Shown: positions 19,782 through 29,446 of the stretch, one piece after another
How the letters are laid out: the number at the start of each line of letters is the position of its first letter
Position numbering within the stretch: the stretch's first letter is position 1
IMG/VR virus record: IMGVR_UViG_3300033066_000410
Coordinates: 21,391-85,390 of that record
DNA: 64,000 nt
From: a virus
Taxonomy: Duplodnaviria > Caudoviricetes
Reading direction: 5' to 3' (one strand)
Notes under the pieces: model-generated
Seen by the model: the letters and a program-made list of their open reading frames with translations, nothing else
What the model was told of the DNA's origin: nothing
The model's database searches: none
Program-made: the position numbers and the translations under genes

Positions 19782-21482
19782 TTACCACCTTGAATCACGA
19801 ACACTATCTCCCTTCCTTCCGTTATCAAAAATAAAATTTTCATCGGATATTTCTACAGGCTGTTGTGGCGTGTAGAAGTAGTTACCTGCTAAGTTCATTA
19901 ACCCAAGCGAATCACAATAGTCGTCTTTCTTGCCGGAAATCTTCGCACAAATCATATAACCACCCTTCCAACTCTTAGTTAAGTTGGTCATTTGGTCGTT
20001 GAAATTTTGGAACTCAGGTAGCTTCTGCATCGTAGGGTGCGCAGGAACTATAATTCTGTTAGCCATAGTGTCCTCATCTAACCTTTTCCACATATCAGAT
20101 TTGCTCTGAGGGGTAAACATGTAAGGAACTATAACCATTTTATTTGCGAAGTGGTAGACTAGCCGGTCAACAAAAACCCTACCTACGCCAGTGTAATCGG
20201 CAAAAAGAACCTTGGTATCTAGCTCCCTTAGCCGTTCGGAGATTATTTCAAACTGCTGATCGTAGTCTAGGTTAGCTAACTCAGTCCAACCGCAAATGGT
20301 TTTCTTGGGCCTTTCATCAATGTCCGCAACCGGAGCATCTAGTATAGCCTGAGTTAAAACCGTAGAAGCTCTAGCGGAGGCAATATCCAAGCCGGCTACA
20401 ACAAAATCACCCTGTTTTTTATTGTAGGAAGGGAACGTAATTCTCTTATTCCACATGCGTTCCTCAATAGCCTGCTCCGTAATAAACATACCTACATCAA
20501 GCAACCACTCAAGAGCATAAGACATTCGGAAAGACTCAGAGTGTTTGCCCATGCTCTCCATATCACGATAAACCGATTTTTCGTATAGCAGGTGGTATTC
20601 TAACCCATCTTTTTTGAATTGGTCTCTGCGCATCTTAACGATAGTTTCCCAGTTGTATTCAAAGTGCCTTTGTTTTGTTTTAAGTTCACTCTTTTTCAAC
20701 TTCTCGTCGTGAATCTTAGCCTTTTTAATGGTCTCATAAAAGTCACCTTTGTTACGGTTAGGTGTTCCTAGTCGAACGCATGTTCCGAAACTCGAGGCAA
20801 GCATCGGCATGATACTTTTACGAACTTTCTCAGTCTCCATATCCTGAGATTCATCAATGAAAACTATGTGGTAAGTCTTCGATTCTATCTTAGACTGTTT
20901 TGCTCCCGATTGCGCCTTTAGGCTAGAGCCTGATTTTAGCTTGAAGTGGGCAACCGATAAAGGGTAATCGGCAATGTCAGGGTCAGTTAGAAACTGCTTA
21001 GTGTTATCACTCCAAATTCTTTCTAGGCATCTACCATAAAGAGTTTCCACCTGGTCTAGCTGTGGCGCAAAGGCTCCCATCTTACAGCCGTTAGCAAAGT
21101 GGGCTAGCTCTTTAAAAGCCTTGGCTAATACTGGCAAGAAAACAGCTAATACCGTAACAACAAAAGATATAACCTCAGTTTTACCACTTTGGCGGGAAAA
21201 CAGCATGGTTATCTCCGCACCATCTCGGGCTAAAACGGAGTAGATTATCCGGTAGGCAGGGGCAAGTTGATACTCATAAAGATGAACTCCTAGCATTCGG
21301 GTTCCTAGCACGATAAGAACTCCGGCAAGTTTAGCAGGGTCATACCCCACTTCCTGCTCGATTTTCTTGGCCTCCTCTTCGACATCTATTTTTTCCGTAG
21401 GTATTGATTCTGATACTACGTTAGTATCATCTCTTAAAAACTTTTTTTGTGCCTCGTCTTGGTTTTCTTCTTCTTCAAACAT
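19782..21482 (-). CDS. terL: terminase large subunit
   Basis: Walker A RQSGKT, Walker B IDESQD, nuclease AGLDIA / DYTGVG / DDYCDS. Confidence 0.93.
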   Translation of the reverse strand: MFEEEENQDEAQKKFLRDDTNVVSESIPTEKIDVEEEAKKIEQEVGYDPAKLAGVLIVLGTRMLGVHLYEYQLAPAYRIIYSVLARDGAEITMLFSRQSGKTEVISFVVTVLAVFLPVLAKAFKELAHFANGCKMGAFAPQLDQVETLYGRCLERIWSDNTKQFLTDPDIADYPLSVAHFKLKSGSSLKAQSGAKQSKIESKTYHIVFIDESQDMETEKVRKSIMPMLASSFGTCVRLGTPNRNKGDFYETIKKAKIHDEKLKKSELKTKQRHFEYNWETIVKMRRDQFKKDGLEYHLLYEKSVYRDMESMGKHSESFRMSYALEWLLDVGMFITEQAIEERMWNKRITFPSYNKKQGDFVVAGLDIASARASTVLTQAILDAPVADIDERPKKTICGWTELANLDYDQQFEIISERLRELDTKVLFADYTGVGRVFVDRLVYHFANKMVIVPYMFTPQSKSDMWKRLDEDTMANRIIVPAHPTMQKLPEFQNFNDQMTNLTKSWKGGYMICAKISGKKDDYCDSLGLMNLAGNYFYTPQQPVEISDENFIFDNGRKGDSVRDSRW

Positions 21483-21493
21483 GAGTTTTAAGT

Positions 21494-22240
21494 TTATTTG
21501 TATGTAATAGTTTTCCTGCGATGAATACTCTTTAAGCAGGCTGTAGAGTTAGGTGTTATAGGAATATTAACTGTTCCATTAGCCGGTATTTCATAAGGCC
21601 ACGAAAAGTTATCCAAAAGCTCGATTTCAAACCTTAGTTTTTGGTTTGTCATGTTACGCACCGTATAGTAGTGCGCTCTAACTAAATCGCCGAAGTAAAC
21701 AACATAAGAACTGCTTTCTCTTTGTGGGTAGTTGGCATCCATGATGCCCTTAGATACAATCTCTCCGGTGTTTGGGTTTGTGCAGGTGAACATAGGGAAC
21801 CTGTTGCCAAAAATAGTTTCAAACTGAATTTTTATTTCTATTATGATTATATCAGTTATACCTATACTCAAAGAAACATTATCGGTGAATTGGTTAATCA
21901 TTCCATAGTCGTCAAGACCTATCAGTATCTCCGCATCCGTATTATTAAAGCCAACAGGCGTAGCTACTCCATCCACTATCTCAAATAAGAACATTTTAAC
22001 TACACCATCTATCTTACCTACTATTAAAAATCCATACAAGTCCCCCTTTGGCCCATAGAGTTCTTGCAAGAAAACAAAGGTATTTTTAACTGTAGTATTC
22101 TGCTTTATCGGGTAGAAAAGCTCGTTGTAAAAAACGTTGTTTTCCGCGTTTTTAGTCTTGGAGTTGAGCCACTCAGTAAACTTGATGTGGGCTACTTTAC
22201 CCTCGGGGACTATGATTATTGGGGGAACGGGTAGAGACAT
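21494..22240 (-). CDS. hypothetical protein
   Basis: 248-aa ORF upstream of terL; no motif recognised. Confidence 0.6.
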   Translation of the reverse strand: MSLPVPPIIIVPEGKVAHIKFTEWLNSKTKNAENNVFYNELFYPIKQNTTVKNTFVFLQELYGPKGDLYGFLIVGKIDGVVKMFLFEIVDGVATPVGFNNTDAEILIGLDDYGMINQFTDNVSLSIGITDIIIIEIKIQFETIFGNRFPMFTCTNPNTGEIVSKGIMDANYPQRESSSYVVYFGDLVRAHYYTVRNMTNQKLRFEIELLDNFSWPYEIPANGTVNIPITPNSTACLKSIHRRKTITYK

Positions 22241-22284
22241 TGTTTTGTATTAGGTTTAAGCGAAAATACAGAATGTAAGACAAT

Positions 22285-22312
22285 AAAAAAGGGTTCCTTT
22301 TACAGAACCCTT
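22285..22312 (-). terminator. intrinsic terminator after lysis cassette
   Basis: aagggttc/gaaccctt stem with U-tract. Confidence 0.7.
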
Positions 22313-22338
22313 CTTTTTACTCGGTTTAACTGGTGCTT

Positions 22339-22725
22339 TTAGTTCCCTGCTTTCTTGTCCTCTTTGTGCGCCTTGCTTATTTGTATGGCACCTTTAATCA
22401 GGCCGATTAAGCCTCCATTACCTCCTGATAGCAATGCGCGTCCGGCAGATACCGTAGCATCATCTACCTGGGTCTTTGTAAGGCTTGTTACAACCTCAGC
22501 AATATCGAAAATAGCGGCTATAAGCTCCTGCTCATCTACGTTATCTTCAAGGTTAATGCCGTTAATAGCTTCCTGCACCTTAGCGATAATTAAATTATCC
22601 TGTCCGGTTTTAGTTTGCTGCGCGGCGAACGTTAAAACAATTCCTAAGCCTTTGGCTAACTTGTCTTGGTTCTCTTCGGTAAACTGGTTCATCTTTTTTA
22701 ATTTTTGTGTTAACAATGTGGGCAA
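22339..22725 (-). CDS. hypothetical protein, lysis-cassette associated
   Basis: 128 aa with amphipathic terminal helices. Confidence 0.6.
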   Translation of the reverse strand: MPTLLTQKLKKMNQFTEENQDKLAKGLGIVLTFAAQQTKTGQDNLIIAKVQEAINGINLEDNVDEQELIAAIFDIAEVVTSLTKTQVDDATVSAGRALLSGGNGGLIGLIKGAIQISKAHKEDKKAGN

Positions 22726-22730
22726 AATTA

Positions 22731-23024
22731 TTACTTTTTATTTATCCTGTCTAGTTCTTTTTGGAGCATGTTCTTTAACGCATCTTTCTCTTCCTGAGTT
22801 AGTCCTCCGCCTACAAAGTTTACATACTCAGTAATAGAAACCTCTCTGTGGTGGCGCATGTATCTAAATGCCCTACGGTGAATGGTCATTTTAGTTTTAA
22901 AATACAGTAGGGGGTAGTGTAGTTTAAGCCTTTGCAACCTTTCTTCATCCGATGGAAGAGCCTTAGTTATTGTGGTGGATAAAGCGGTTCCAAACGCTAA
23001 AACGGCTTCTGCTATAGGTATCAT
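22731..23024 (-). CDS. hypothetical protein, lysis-cassette associated
   Basis: 97 aa; amphipathic N-terminus; overlaps the endolysin stop. Confidence 0.6.
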   Translation of the reverse strand: MIPIAEAVLAFGTALSTTITKALPSDEERLQRLKLHYPLLYFKTKMTIHRRAFRYMRHHREVSITEYVNFVGGGLTQEEKDALKNMLQKELDRINKK

Positions 23025-23470
23025 ACTGGTTGGTCTGCTTTTACGTATTCAATCCAAACTTCTTCCTCGCGGGTAAGGGCTGCAAAAATTATCGCATCCA
23101 AAGCTATACGGGCATCTTTAGAGTTTTGCAGCGTATCTTTGAATTGCTTATTGCCTACAAGAAGGCAACCCAAAGAATCATCGGCGGTTACTCCTGAGTG
23201 TATAAAAATACCCGAATAGCCTTTAACGTCGTTAACCTGTGGAACGAACCTTTTGTGCTTGGCCCACCACGTTTTAGTAACTCTATATCTTCCATAAGGT
23301 ATGCAGGTCTTACCGTAAACCTTTATTTTCTTTATCTCAGATAGAGACATAGAGCTTGTAAGCCCTCTGTCCTCATCCTCTAAAGTGAAGGCTTGAAACT
23401 TACCATTAACAAAAAGGCTTCCTAGTGTGGAAGCTCCTTTTTTCGGTATTCTAACTACTTTTAATTCCAT
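23021..23470 (-). CDS. putative endolysin (DUF5675 / L,D-peptidase-like)
   Basis: TLED, CIPYGRY, IFIHSG...DSLGCLLVG (His...S-x-G-C) motifs; adjacent to holin-like genes. Confidence 0.7.
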   Translation of the reverse strand: MELKVVRIPKKGASTLGSLFVNGKFQAFTLEDEDRGLTSSMSLSEIKKIKVYGKTCIPYGRYRVTKTWWAKHKRFVPQVNDVKGYSGIFIHSGVTADDSLGCLLVGNKQFKDTLQNSKDARIALDAIIFAALTREEEVWIEYVKADQPV

Positions 23471-23472
23471 AC

Positions 23473-23868
23473 TTAGTGATTTTTAACCGGTTCTTTCTTC
23501 TGAAATGCGCTTTTCATTTTTTCCATAAAGTTTGTGACTTGTGCCTGCTTTGGTTTTTTCTCTTTAAAATTTTCCTCTAAAACGTGCTCTAGCACCGGTG
23601 CATAATAGCATACGAAAAGAGAGATTGACGCTATCATGGCGTTAAGTATCACCTCAGATACTCCGCTTTCCCTTTTATCTAGCATGTCGAAAAAACACAC
23701 AATGAGGGCTACACCAATCATTCCACGGAAAACAGATACAGCACTCTCAGGGTATATCTTGTTAAGCAGCTTGGACTCGGGAATCACAATTTGCAAAATG
23801 TAGATAAGCGATATGATTAACGCTATGTGCGCTAATACGTCAAACAGTTGGCTTACTTCCAGTGGCAT
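23473..23868 (-). CDS. membrane protein (holin/antiholin candidate)
   Basis: three hydrophobic segments; charged C-tail. Confidence 0.5.
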   Translation of the reverse strand: MPLEVSQLFDVLAHIALIISLIYILQIVIPESKLLNKIYPESAVSVFRGMIGVALIVCFFDMLDKRESGVSEVILNAMIASISLFVCYYAPVLEHVLEENFKEKKPKQAQVTNFMEKMKSAFQKKEPVKNH

Positions 23869-24241
23869 CGTTATTATTTTTAGTTTCTACGGAATCTTCC
23901 TGTTTCATAAAGTAGCGTAAAGACACCAAATTCTTTATGGCTACTATAGGTGCTTTCGCAAAATCCTCACCAAATCTAATAAATCCAACCACTAGATACA
24001 TTCCAAGTATTCCTACGAAAAATGCGAGACAATTCTCCGCAGTTCGGGAAAGGGAAAAATGTTCACTTATAGCAGGTGTGGCATATCCTGCTACTAACAC
24101 CCCACACACTACAGTAACTATTGACTGAAAAAATGTTAATTGTTTGTTGGCTACTAGGGAGGCTATCGAGCCGGCAAATCCTGCAACAAGAGAACCTACT
24201 TTTATCCCCGTCATCTGTAGTGCATCTTCTACTGAAATCAT
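23840..24241 (-). CDS. holin (putative)
   Basis: AGFAGSIASL, 2-3 hydrophobic segments, AFFVGILGM; upstream of endolysin. Confidence 0.65.
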   Translation of the reverse strand: MISVEDALQMTGIKVGSLVAGFAGSIASLVANKQLTFFQSIVTVVCGVLVAGYATPAISEHFSLSRTAENCLAFFVGILGMYLVVGFIRFGEDFAKAPIVAIKNLVSLRYFMKQEDSVETKNNNDATGSKPTV

Positions 24242-24331
24242 TGTCTTGGTGTTTTTTAGGTATTACAATAATACATAAGAATTTTATTCAGATACAATTT
24301 AAGTTGTTAAGACTGATTTTCGTCATTGTGC

Positions 24332-24366
24332 AAAAAGAAAGCCCGAACAGAACGAACGGGCTTTCT
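24332..24366 (-). terminator. intrinsic terminator
   Basis: agaaagcccg/cgggctttct stem with U-tract. Confidence 0.7.
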
Positions 24367-24389
24367 GACACACTAACAAGGAAAGAAGA

Positions 24390-26528
24390 TTAATATTTTG
24401 TAAGCGTTGCGCCTGCATTGTATGTTATACTGCCAGATGAATTTGTTAGGGTAGCTGAAACAGTAATTGTTGTTGATGCCTTTGCCCTTATCTGTGTGCT
24501 CGGAACTAATGCGTGACCAGTATTATTTAAGCCTGCTATAAGCGCCATAGTTTGTGAAGTGTTTTCTTCGTCTGTATATGCAACTTGAAACTGTATTATG
24601 TCCGAAGATATAGCTGTTATATTAATCGTTCCTTGAACACTATACGTAGCGTCTGCCGAACCATTAGAGTAAACAATTAAATCTTTGCTTGCTGTTTGCG
24701 ATGTAAAAAAGGTATCTGTTACTAAATATGCAGCTTTTCGCCAGTTAGCATTACCTACTGCGTCTACAGATGTTAGCACCCTATTTAAACCTTGTGTGCC
24801 ATCCTGCAGACGAAATTTCGATTGTGCGCAAAGTGAATCATTAAAATAATGTGCTGAACCTGCACCCGTTGCATCGTAAACTATACGGCCCGCATTTGTT
24901 GAATATAAGTCAAGGTAGTTACTTAAATCATAGCCTGCACGAATTGGTATGCCAGTTGAAACAAAATGCCCACGAGCAGATGCCGAAGTTGTACCAAAAG
25001 CAAAGTTACCACTACTGTTTAAAAACATACCCACGTTGCTGCCATTTACAATATAGAATTTATCGTTCGCGCCTATTCCGGTTGCCGCGCTATTACCAAT
25101 ACCAACGGTATAATTTTGGGCGTTACCATCAAATAGCAAATAAGCATAGCTGTTAGTTGAATTAGTATTATTCATTATTGTTGCCGTTGGTTGCCCGTTA
25201 TTGTTTTGCGAAAGGAAAACAGCGCCCTCTATTGGCAAATTGTTTTTGCTTGTAGAATCGCCTTTTAAAAAACTTAAATTCACATCTTCGGTAGTAGAGC
25301 AACTTAAATAGCCAAACTTGCGCATTAATATACGGCGGTAAGCATTTGCTACTTTTTTGCGTCCATAATTATTTTCGTGTATTCCGTCCCCAATATCATA
25401 CCCTTGCCCTAAAGCTAATTTTCCATTACCTGCTATATCGCCAGTAAGTTCTTTAGTATGTTCATCCGTGCGCGCGTCAACTCTTAATAAAGCAAATCCA
25501 CCATGCCCAGGGTTGCCCCCCATAATGGCATAATTCATATCACGCCATTTGTTATATGCCTTTGTTCCGTTTGTTGCCCCCCATAACGATATTAACCGAT
25601 TATAGCAAGGTGTCATAGTAGCCAATACAATTTTAGCGCCTGCCTTTTTACCATAAATAACAGTATCAATAAAGGTTTGGTATTTAGTAAGCGTTTGCGC
25701 TAAAGTCCAGTTTAAGGAATCCACATCGTTCAACCCTATTTCAATAATAATTACATCATAGGTAGCTTTGTTTGCATCAGCTAACCATACCTGCATTTGG
25801 TGAACAATACTATCACCTGGTATTGCTTGGTTAACTATCGTATTACCTAAAGCACTATCACAACCCATAAGCATATAGGAAACTACCCCATTGTAAGTTA
25901 AGTATGGCGCAACTGTGCTATTCCCAAACAATACAATAGAAACAGGGTCCACAAAACCCAAACCGCTTCCAGTAGGTCCGGTAGGTCCTGTAACGCCTAT
26001 GCCAGTAGGCCCCGTTGGGCCTGTTACACCCGCTCCGGTGGGTCCTGTAATTCCGGTTGCGCCAGTAGGTCCCGTTGTGCCCACTCCCGTAGGTCCGGTA
26101 GGCCCTGCAATTCCGGTGCCAGTAGCACCAGTTGCTCCGGTTGAGCCTGTAGCTCCTGTTGCACCAGTTGCCCCTGTTGCGCCTACTGCACCAACAGTAA
26201 CCTGATAACCAAAAGGCTTCCAGCCAAAATAGTAGTAGTAATACCGGTTAGAATCGGTATCAAAAACAACTAAGCCGGTTGCGGGGGAGGTTATGGCATA
26301 TTTCTGAACAGAAGTCATTCTAGGAAATAAAGCACCTCCAGTCGTGGAGCGAATATCTACAACAGAAGATGGGTCTATAATGGTATCAGGCCCAACGGTA
26401 ACTGACCCTTTCATGGAAACTTTACCTTTTACAAGTTGATTGGAAGGAACAGTTGTCCAACCTGGGTATTGCGCAATAGTTGTAAGAGCTACCAATGTAG
26501 CAACGATAAATAGGGGTAGTTTTTTCAT
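24390..26528 (-). CDS. signal-peptide, collagen-repeat, SGNH/GDSL esterase fibre-like protein
   Basis: signal [19 protein letters not shown]|Q; FPRMT..Q...I.SPATGL domain; GxT repeats; SGNH blocks GNS, G, GLND, DGIH; beta-rich GNFAFGTT region. Confidence 0.8.
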   Translation of the reverse strand: MKKLPLFIVATLVALTTIAQYPGWTTVPSNQLVKGKVSMKGSVTVGPDTIIDPSSVVDIRSTTGGALFPRMTSVQKYAITSPATGLVVFDTDSNRYYYYYFGWKPFGYQVTVGAVGATGATGATGATGSTGATGATGTGIAGPTGPTGVGTTGPTGATGITGPTGAGVTGPTGPTGIGVTGPTGPTGSGLGFVDPVSIVLFGNSTVAPYLTYNGVVSYMLMGCDSALGNTIVNQAIPGDSIVHQMQVWLADANKATYDVIIIEIGLNDVDSLNWTLAQTLTKYQTFIDTVIYGKKAGAKIVLATMTPCYNRLISLWGATNGTKAYNKWRDMNYAIMGGNPGHGGFALLRVDARTDEHTKELTGDIAGNGKLALGQGYDIGDGIHENNYGRKKVANAYRRILMRKFGYLSCSTTEDVNLSFLKGDSTSKNNLPIEGAVFLSQNNNGQPTATIMNNTNSTNSYAYLLFDGNAQNYTVGIGNSAATGIGANDKFYIVNGSNVGMFLNSSGNFAFGTTSASARGHFVSTGIPIRAGYDLSNYLDLYSTNAGRIVYDATGAGSAHYFNDSLCAQSKFRLQDGTQGLNRVLTSVDAVGNANWRKAAYLVTDTFFTSQTASKDLIVYSNGSADATYSVQGTINITAISSDIIQFQVAYTDEENTSQTMALIAGLNNTGHALVPSTQIRAKASTTITVSATLTNSSGSITYNAGATLTKY
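25963..26192 (-). repeat. collagen-like Gly-X-Thr repeats (GAT/GPT)
   Basis: [12 protein letters not shown]...GPTGPTG run in the translated ORF. Confidence 0.9.
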
Positions 26529-26830
26529 AGTATGCCTAGGATTTTAATTTGAACGCCTGTCATGGCTTCTGCGAACGTAACAATAATTTTTGCAAGAGGG
26601 TCTGTGTCGTCTACGCGCCAAGAGACACCGCCCATAGAGTTGCCGGAAGAATCAGCAAACTCTACGTTAGTTGCAGGGATGCCCATTCCGTGACGGACTG
26701 AGTTATCTCCTACTGCTAAATCTTGAACAATCTTTCTTCCGCGAACTTCGGAGCTATTTGTAAGCCCGATTACATCGCGTAAATTTATCCTATAGGTAGT
26801 CCTAATGTTGGGAGATAGTGGTGTTGGCAT
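26525..26830 (-). CDS. hypothetical protein co-transcribed with SGNH fibre gene
   Basis: 101 aa; 4-bp overlap with the downstream gene. Confidence 0.6.
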   Translation of the reverse strand: MPTPLSPNIRTTYRINLRDVIGLTNSSEVRGRKIVQDLAVGDNSVRHGMGIPATNVEFADSSGNSMGGVSWRVDDTDPLAKIIVTFAEAMTGVQIKILGIL

Positions 26831-26834
26831 ACCA

Positions 26835-26842
26835 CAAATGTA
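26835..26842 (-). promoter_or_regulatory. promoter -7 element TACATTTG
   Basis: TAnnTTTG match in the intergenic gap; only 4 nt before the track start codon, which is unusually close. Confidence 0.4.
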
Positions 26843-26862
26843 GAAAATAGAAAAATAAAAAC

Positions 26863-27612
26863 CTAAATACCTTCGGGGATGGTTTTAGTAACGTCGGCTG
26901 CAATAGCCAATTTGTGTGCTTGCATATTCAGGGAAACATGCCCTAGAAGGGCATCTTTTTCCATTTTATAGAACAGGTCAAAAGTGTTAATCTCTCCTCC
27001 CCAGTAAACGCCTGCACTTATTTTTGCCTTAGAGGTCTTAAACTCAGGTGTAGCTAGAACCTCTTTCATTTCCGTGTAGTCAGCCTCGTTGAAAACTACA
27101 AACTTTATATAGTCCTGTGGGCGGAGTAAGTGCATAAAGGCACCGTGTTTGTTTCCAGTAACCCCTGCGCTAAGTAGCTTGTAATCTAGGATAAAAGATA
27201 CGTTATCGTATTTTAAGTATGGCTCAGGGCTTATAACTCCGCTAGTCTCTACGCAAACTTTAAACCCTGATAAAGCCTTAAATAGCTTGTGTAGGTCTTC
27301 TTCTTTGCGCCATAACGGGTCTCCTCCGGTAAGGCAGATAAGGTTTGCCCCGCTCTCCAATCGTTTAGCGGCTACAATCTCGTATATGCTAGCCGTTCCG
27401 CCCCACTTAGGGTCTAGCCCATCTAAAAAATCAATAGGTCGGTCAATTCCACTCTCTTTTTCTAAATACAAGGGTGTATCGCAAAGGGTGCCCAAAGTTT
27501 TTAAGTAGCAGCGAATAGGGCAACCGGATAGACGAAGAAAAATTGCAGGTGCTCCAATCCCATAAGGGTTGCACTCTCCCATAAATGTTGTGTATACTTC
27601 TGCTACTTTCAT
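26863..27612 (-). CDS. queE: 7-carboxy-7-deazaguanine synthase-like radical SAM enzyme
   Basis: E.Y.TFMGE...G.PAIFLRLSGC...CDT, LTGGDP, VETSG, QAHK motifs of QueE. Confidence 0.85.
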   Translation of the reverse strand: MKVAEVYTTFMGECNPYGIGAPAIFLRLSGCPIRCYLKTLGTLCDTPLYLEKESGIDRPIDFLDGLDPKWGGTASIYEIVAAKRLESGANLICLTGGDPLWRKEEDLHKLFKALSGFKVCVETSGVISPEPYLKYDNVSFILDYKLLSAGVTGNKHGAFMHLLRPQDYIKFVVFNEADYTEMKEVLATPEFKTSKAKISAGVYWGGEINTFDLFYKMEKDALLGHVSLNMQAHKLAIAADVTKTIPEGI

Positions 27613-27616
27613 CGTG

Positions 27617-27985
27617 CTAAGTTATTAAAGTTGCGGTAGCTGCCAAAAGTTTTACTTTCATGTGGTAAACCTGCCTAGAAGAATCCTCTATCTCGCAAGA
27701 GGCTTGTAACGTAAGTTTTCCCGATTTATCTTTAACGTAGTAGATACAAATAACCTTATATCTATCTTGCCGAAATTCAAAAGTAGTGTGCTCCTGCAAC
27801 CAAAAAGGACTCATTGATTTAATATCCTTTTTTAAAATTGATACTTCTTCCCCCGTAACAAAGGCATCTCCAACATCTTTCATGTTCCTGTGAAATCTCA
27901 AAATCAAACCTGCATTTGAATCAGATAAGTATTCTAAAACCTCAGAATTATTTATTAGGTAATACTTACCGGTCATTGAAATCAT
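27617..27985 (-). CDS. WLQxGD paralogue family member
   Basis: PFWLQEHTTF...YKVICIYY. Confidence 0.6.
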   Translation of the reverse strand: MISMTGKYYLINNSEVLEYLSDSNAGLILRFHRNMKDVGDAFVTGEEVSILKKDIKSMSPFWLQEHTTFEFRQDRYKVICIYYVKDKSGKLTLQASCEIEDSSRQVYHMKVKLLAATATLIT

Positions 27986-28346
27986 TAAGAAGCATTTTAA
28001 CTAAAAGCTCGTTAGTTACTAAGCGGGATTCTATACCATTGTATACATTGTTGACCTCATTGCACCACTTAAATGTCCCCACTGTTGCCGTGACTCCTAT
28101 CCATTTATCAGCAGTATAATCTACTATGTAATAGTCACCTTCTAAAATAAGCTCTATCCAGTAGTGAACGTCCATTCTTTTTCCGGTCTGCCTATTGTAT
28201 ATGCTCCCGAATTTAACTGTGTGGTCTACTCCTATCGTATTGAGCTTATATGAAAGAACTCTTGTTGTTCCATCGCATTCAAGTTTTGCCTCCCTGCATT
28301 TCGCAGCCCACAGGTCTAAGAATATAATTAACTTTTCTTTTTTCAT
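27966..28346 (-). CDS. possible diverged WLQxGD family member
   Basis: HYWIELILEGDYYIVDY; sits inside the array. Confidence 0.45.
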   Translation of the reverse strand: MKKEKLIIFLDLWAAKCREAKLECDGTTRVLSYKLNTIGVDHTVKFGSIYNRQTGKRMDVHYWIELILEGDYYIVDYTADKWIGVTATVGTFKWCNEVNNVYNGIESRLVTNELLVKMLLNDFNDR

Positions 28347-28768
28347 ATAGGTTCTGCTATTTGTTCAAACTCTTCAAATGTGTAGGTATACATAACACCA
28401 TTTTCAAGACTAACTAAGTTAACAAAGTTTACCCATTTTTCTATTCCATCCTCTCCGGTTCTCTTTTCTGAGTAGCACTCAATAAGTTTAGCTGTATACA
28501 TTCTTACGGAAGATTGCCCGCCAACTACTCTAGGCTCTACTATGTTGAAATTATCTCCTTCTTGAAACCATAAAATTCTAAGCCTTTCGAGCCTAGTGCT
28601 AAACTCTTTAGTGCTCCTAAGTCTGCTTGGTGCGCCAAAATACTTTTTTACGAGAATGTTCATAGAGCTATTATACTTCTTAATTAAGTATAAACTTTCT
28701 CCGGTTACTCCTTGATAAAAGCACAGCTTATTTTCATAGAATTTTGCGTTCATTATAGCAACTCGCAT
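28343..28768 (-). CDS. WLQxGD paralogue family member
   Basis: ILWFQEGDNF; C-terminal YTFEEFEQI. Confidence 0.6.
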   Translation of the reverse strand: MRVAIMNAKFYENKLCFYQGVTGESLYLIKKYNSSMNILVKKYFGAPSRLRSTKEFSTRLERLRILWFQEGDNFNIVEPRVVGGQSSVRMYTAKLIECYSEKRTGEDGIEKWVNFVNLVSLENGVMYTYTFEEFEQIAEPI

Positions 28769-29070
28769 TTTTGTGATAACTCTTCCATGTATACCTGATT
28801 AGCCGCACCACTTTGCTCTCCGCGAAGGTCAGCATAATACGCACCATCTATAGGGTCGAATTTTATATGCTCTACTGAATAGGTAACATCTTCAAAAATT
28901 AGTCGGTTATTTTTTTGTAACCAAAACTCACATATCTTGTTCCGGTCAGACCAGAACTTTCCCTGTGTTTTTATGTTGTGTAAGTGAACCTTACCATTCT
29001 TTTCTGCCAATACTCCAAATAGGTTAAACCCCTTAGAATCGTTTAAATAAGTAACGTATTTGCCTTGCAT
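28753..29070 (-). CDS. WLQxGD paralogue family member
   Basis: GKYVT; EFWLQKNNRL...YSVEHIKF. Confidence 0.65.
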   Translation of the reverse strand: MQGKYVTYLNDSKGFNLFGVLAEKNGKVHLHNIKTQGKFWSDRNKICEFWLQKNNRLIFEDVTYSVEHIKFDPIDGAYYADLRGEQSGAANQVYMEELSQKCELL

Positions 29071-29089
29071 GTTTTATTTATATGTGTTT

Positions 29090-29097
29090 CAAATATA
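29090..29097 (-). promoter_or_regulatory. promoter -7 element TATATTTG (internal to array)
   Basis: exact match upstream of the ATG at 29070. Confidence 0.55.
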
Positions 29098-29098
29098 A

Positions 29099-29446
29099 TC
29101 AAAAAGTGTAGATTTTTGCAAACTCTTCTATGTTCATTGTATATTTAGGTATGAGCTTACCTTTGAGTCTAGTAACACTTCCATATCTAACCATATACTT
29201 ATCAGAAGTAGGTTCGTAGATAACTTCTGAGACCCATACTCTTCGGTTTCCAACTGTGTGTAAAATGTCTTTTGGTTGTAGCCAAAAAGGTAGCAACTCC
29301 CCACCACTTACTGCTGATGTAGTAGCTGTTCTTATGCTTTGAATGTTTACGTGTGTGAAGCTTACTTTTTGAACTTTAAATATAGAATTAGATAGTTTTG
29401 GGCAGGTTACATAATCGCCCAACGAGTATGACCAAGTTATATTCAT
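29099..29446 (-). CDS. WLQxGD paralogue family member
   Basis: GDYVT; PFWLQPKDIL...RVWVSEVIY. Confidence 0.7.
   Translation of the reverse strand: MNITWSYSLGDYVTCPKLSNSIFKVQKVSFTHVNIQSIRTATTSAVSGGELLPFWLQPKDILHTVGNRRVWVSEVIYEPTSDKYMVRYGSVTRLKGKLIPKYTMNIEEFAKIYTF

Noticed and set aside
19782-21482. Intein or intron in terminase or other core genes
   Set aside because: Lengths are ordinary and no splicing or homing-endonuclease motifs were seen.
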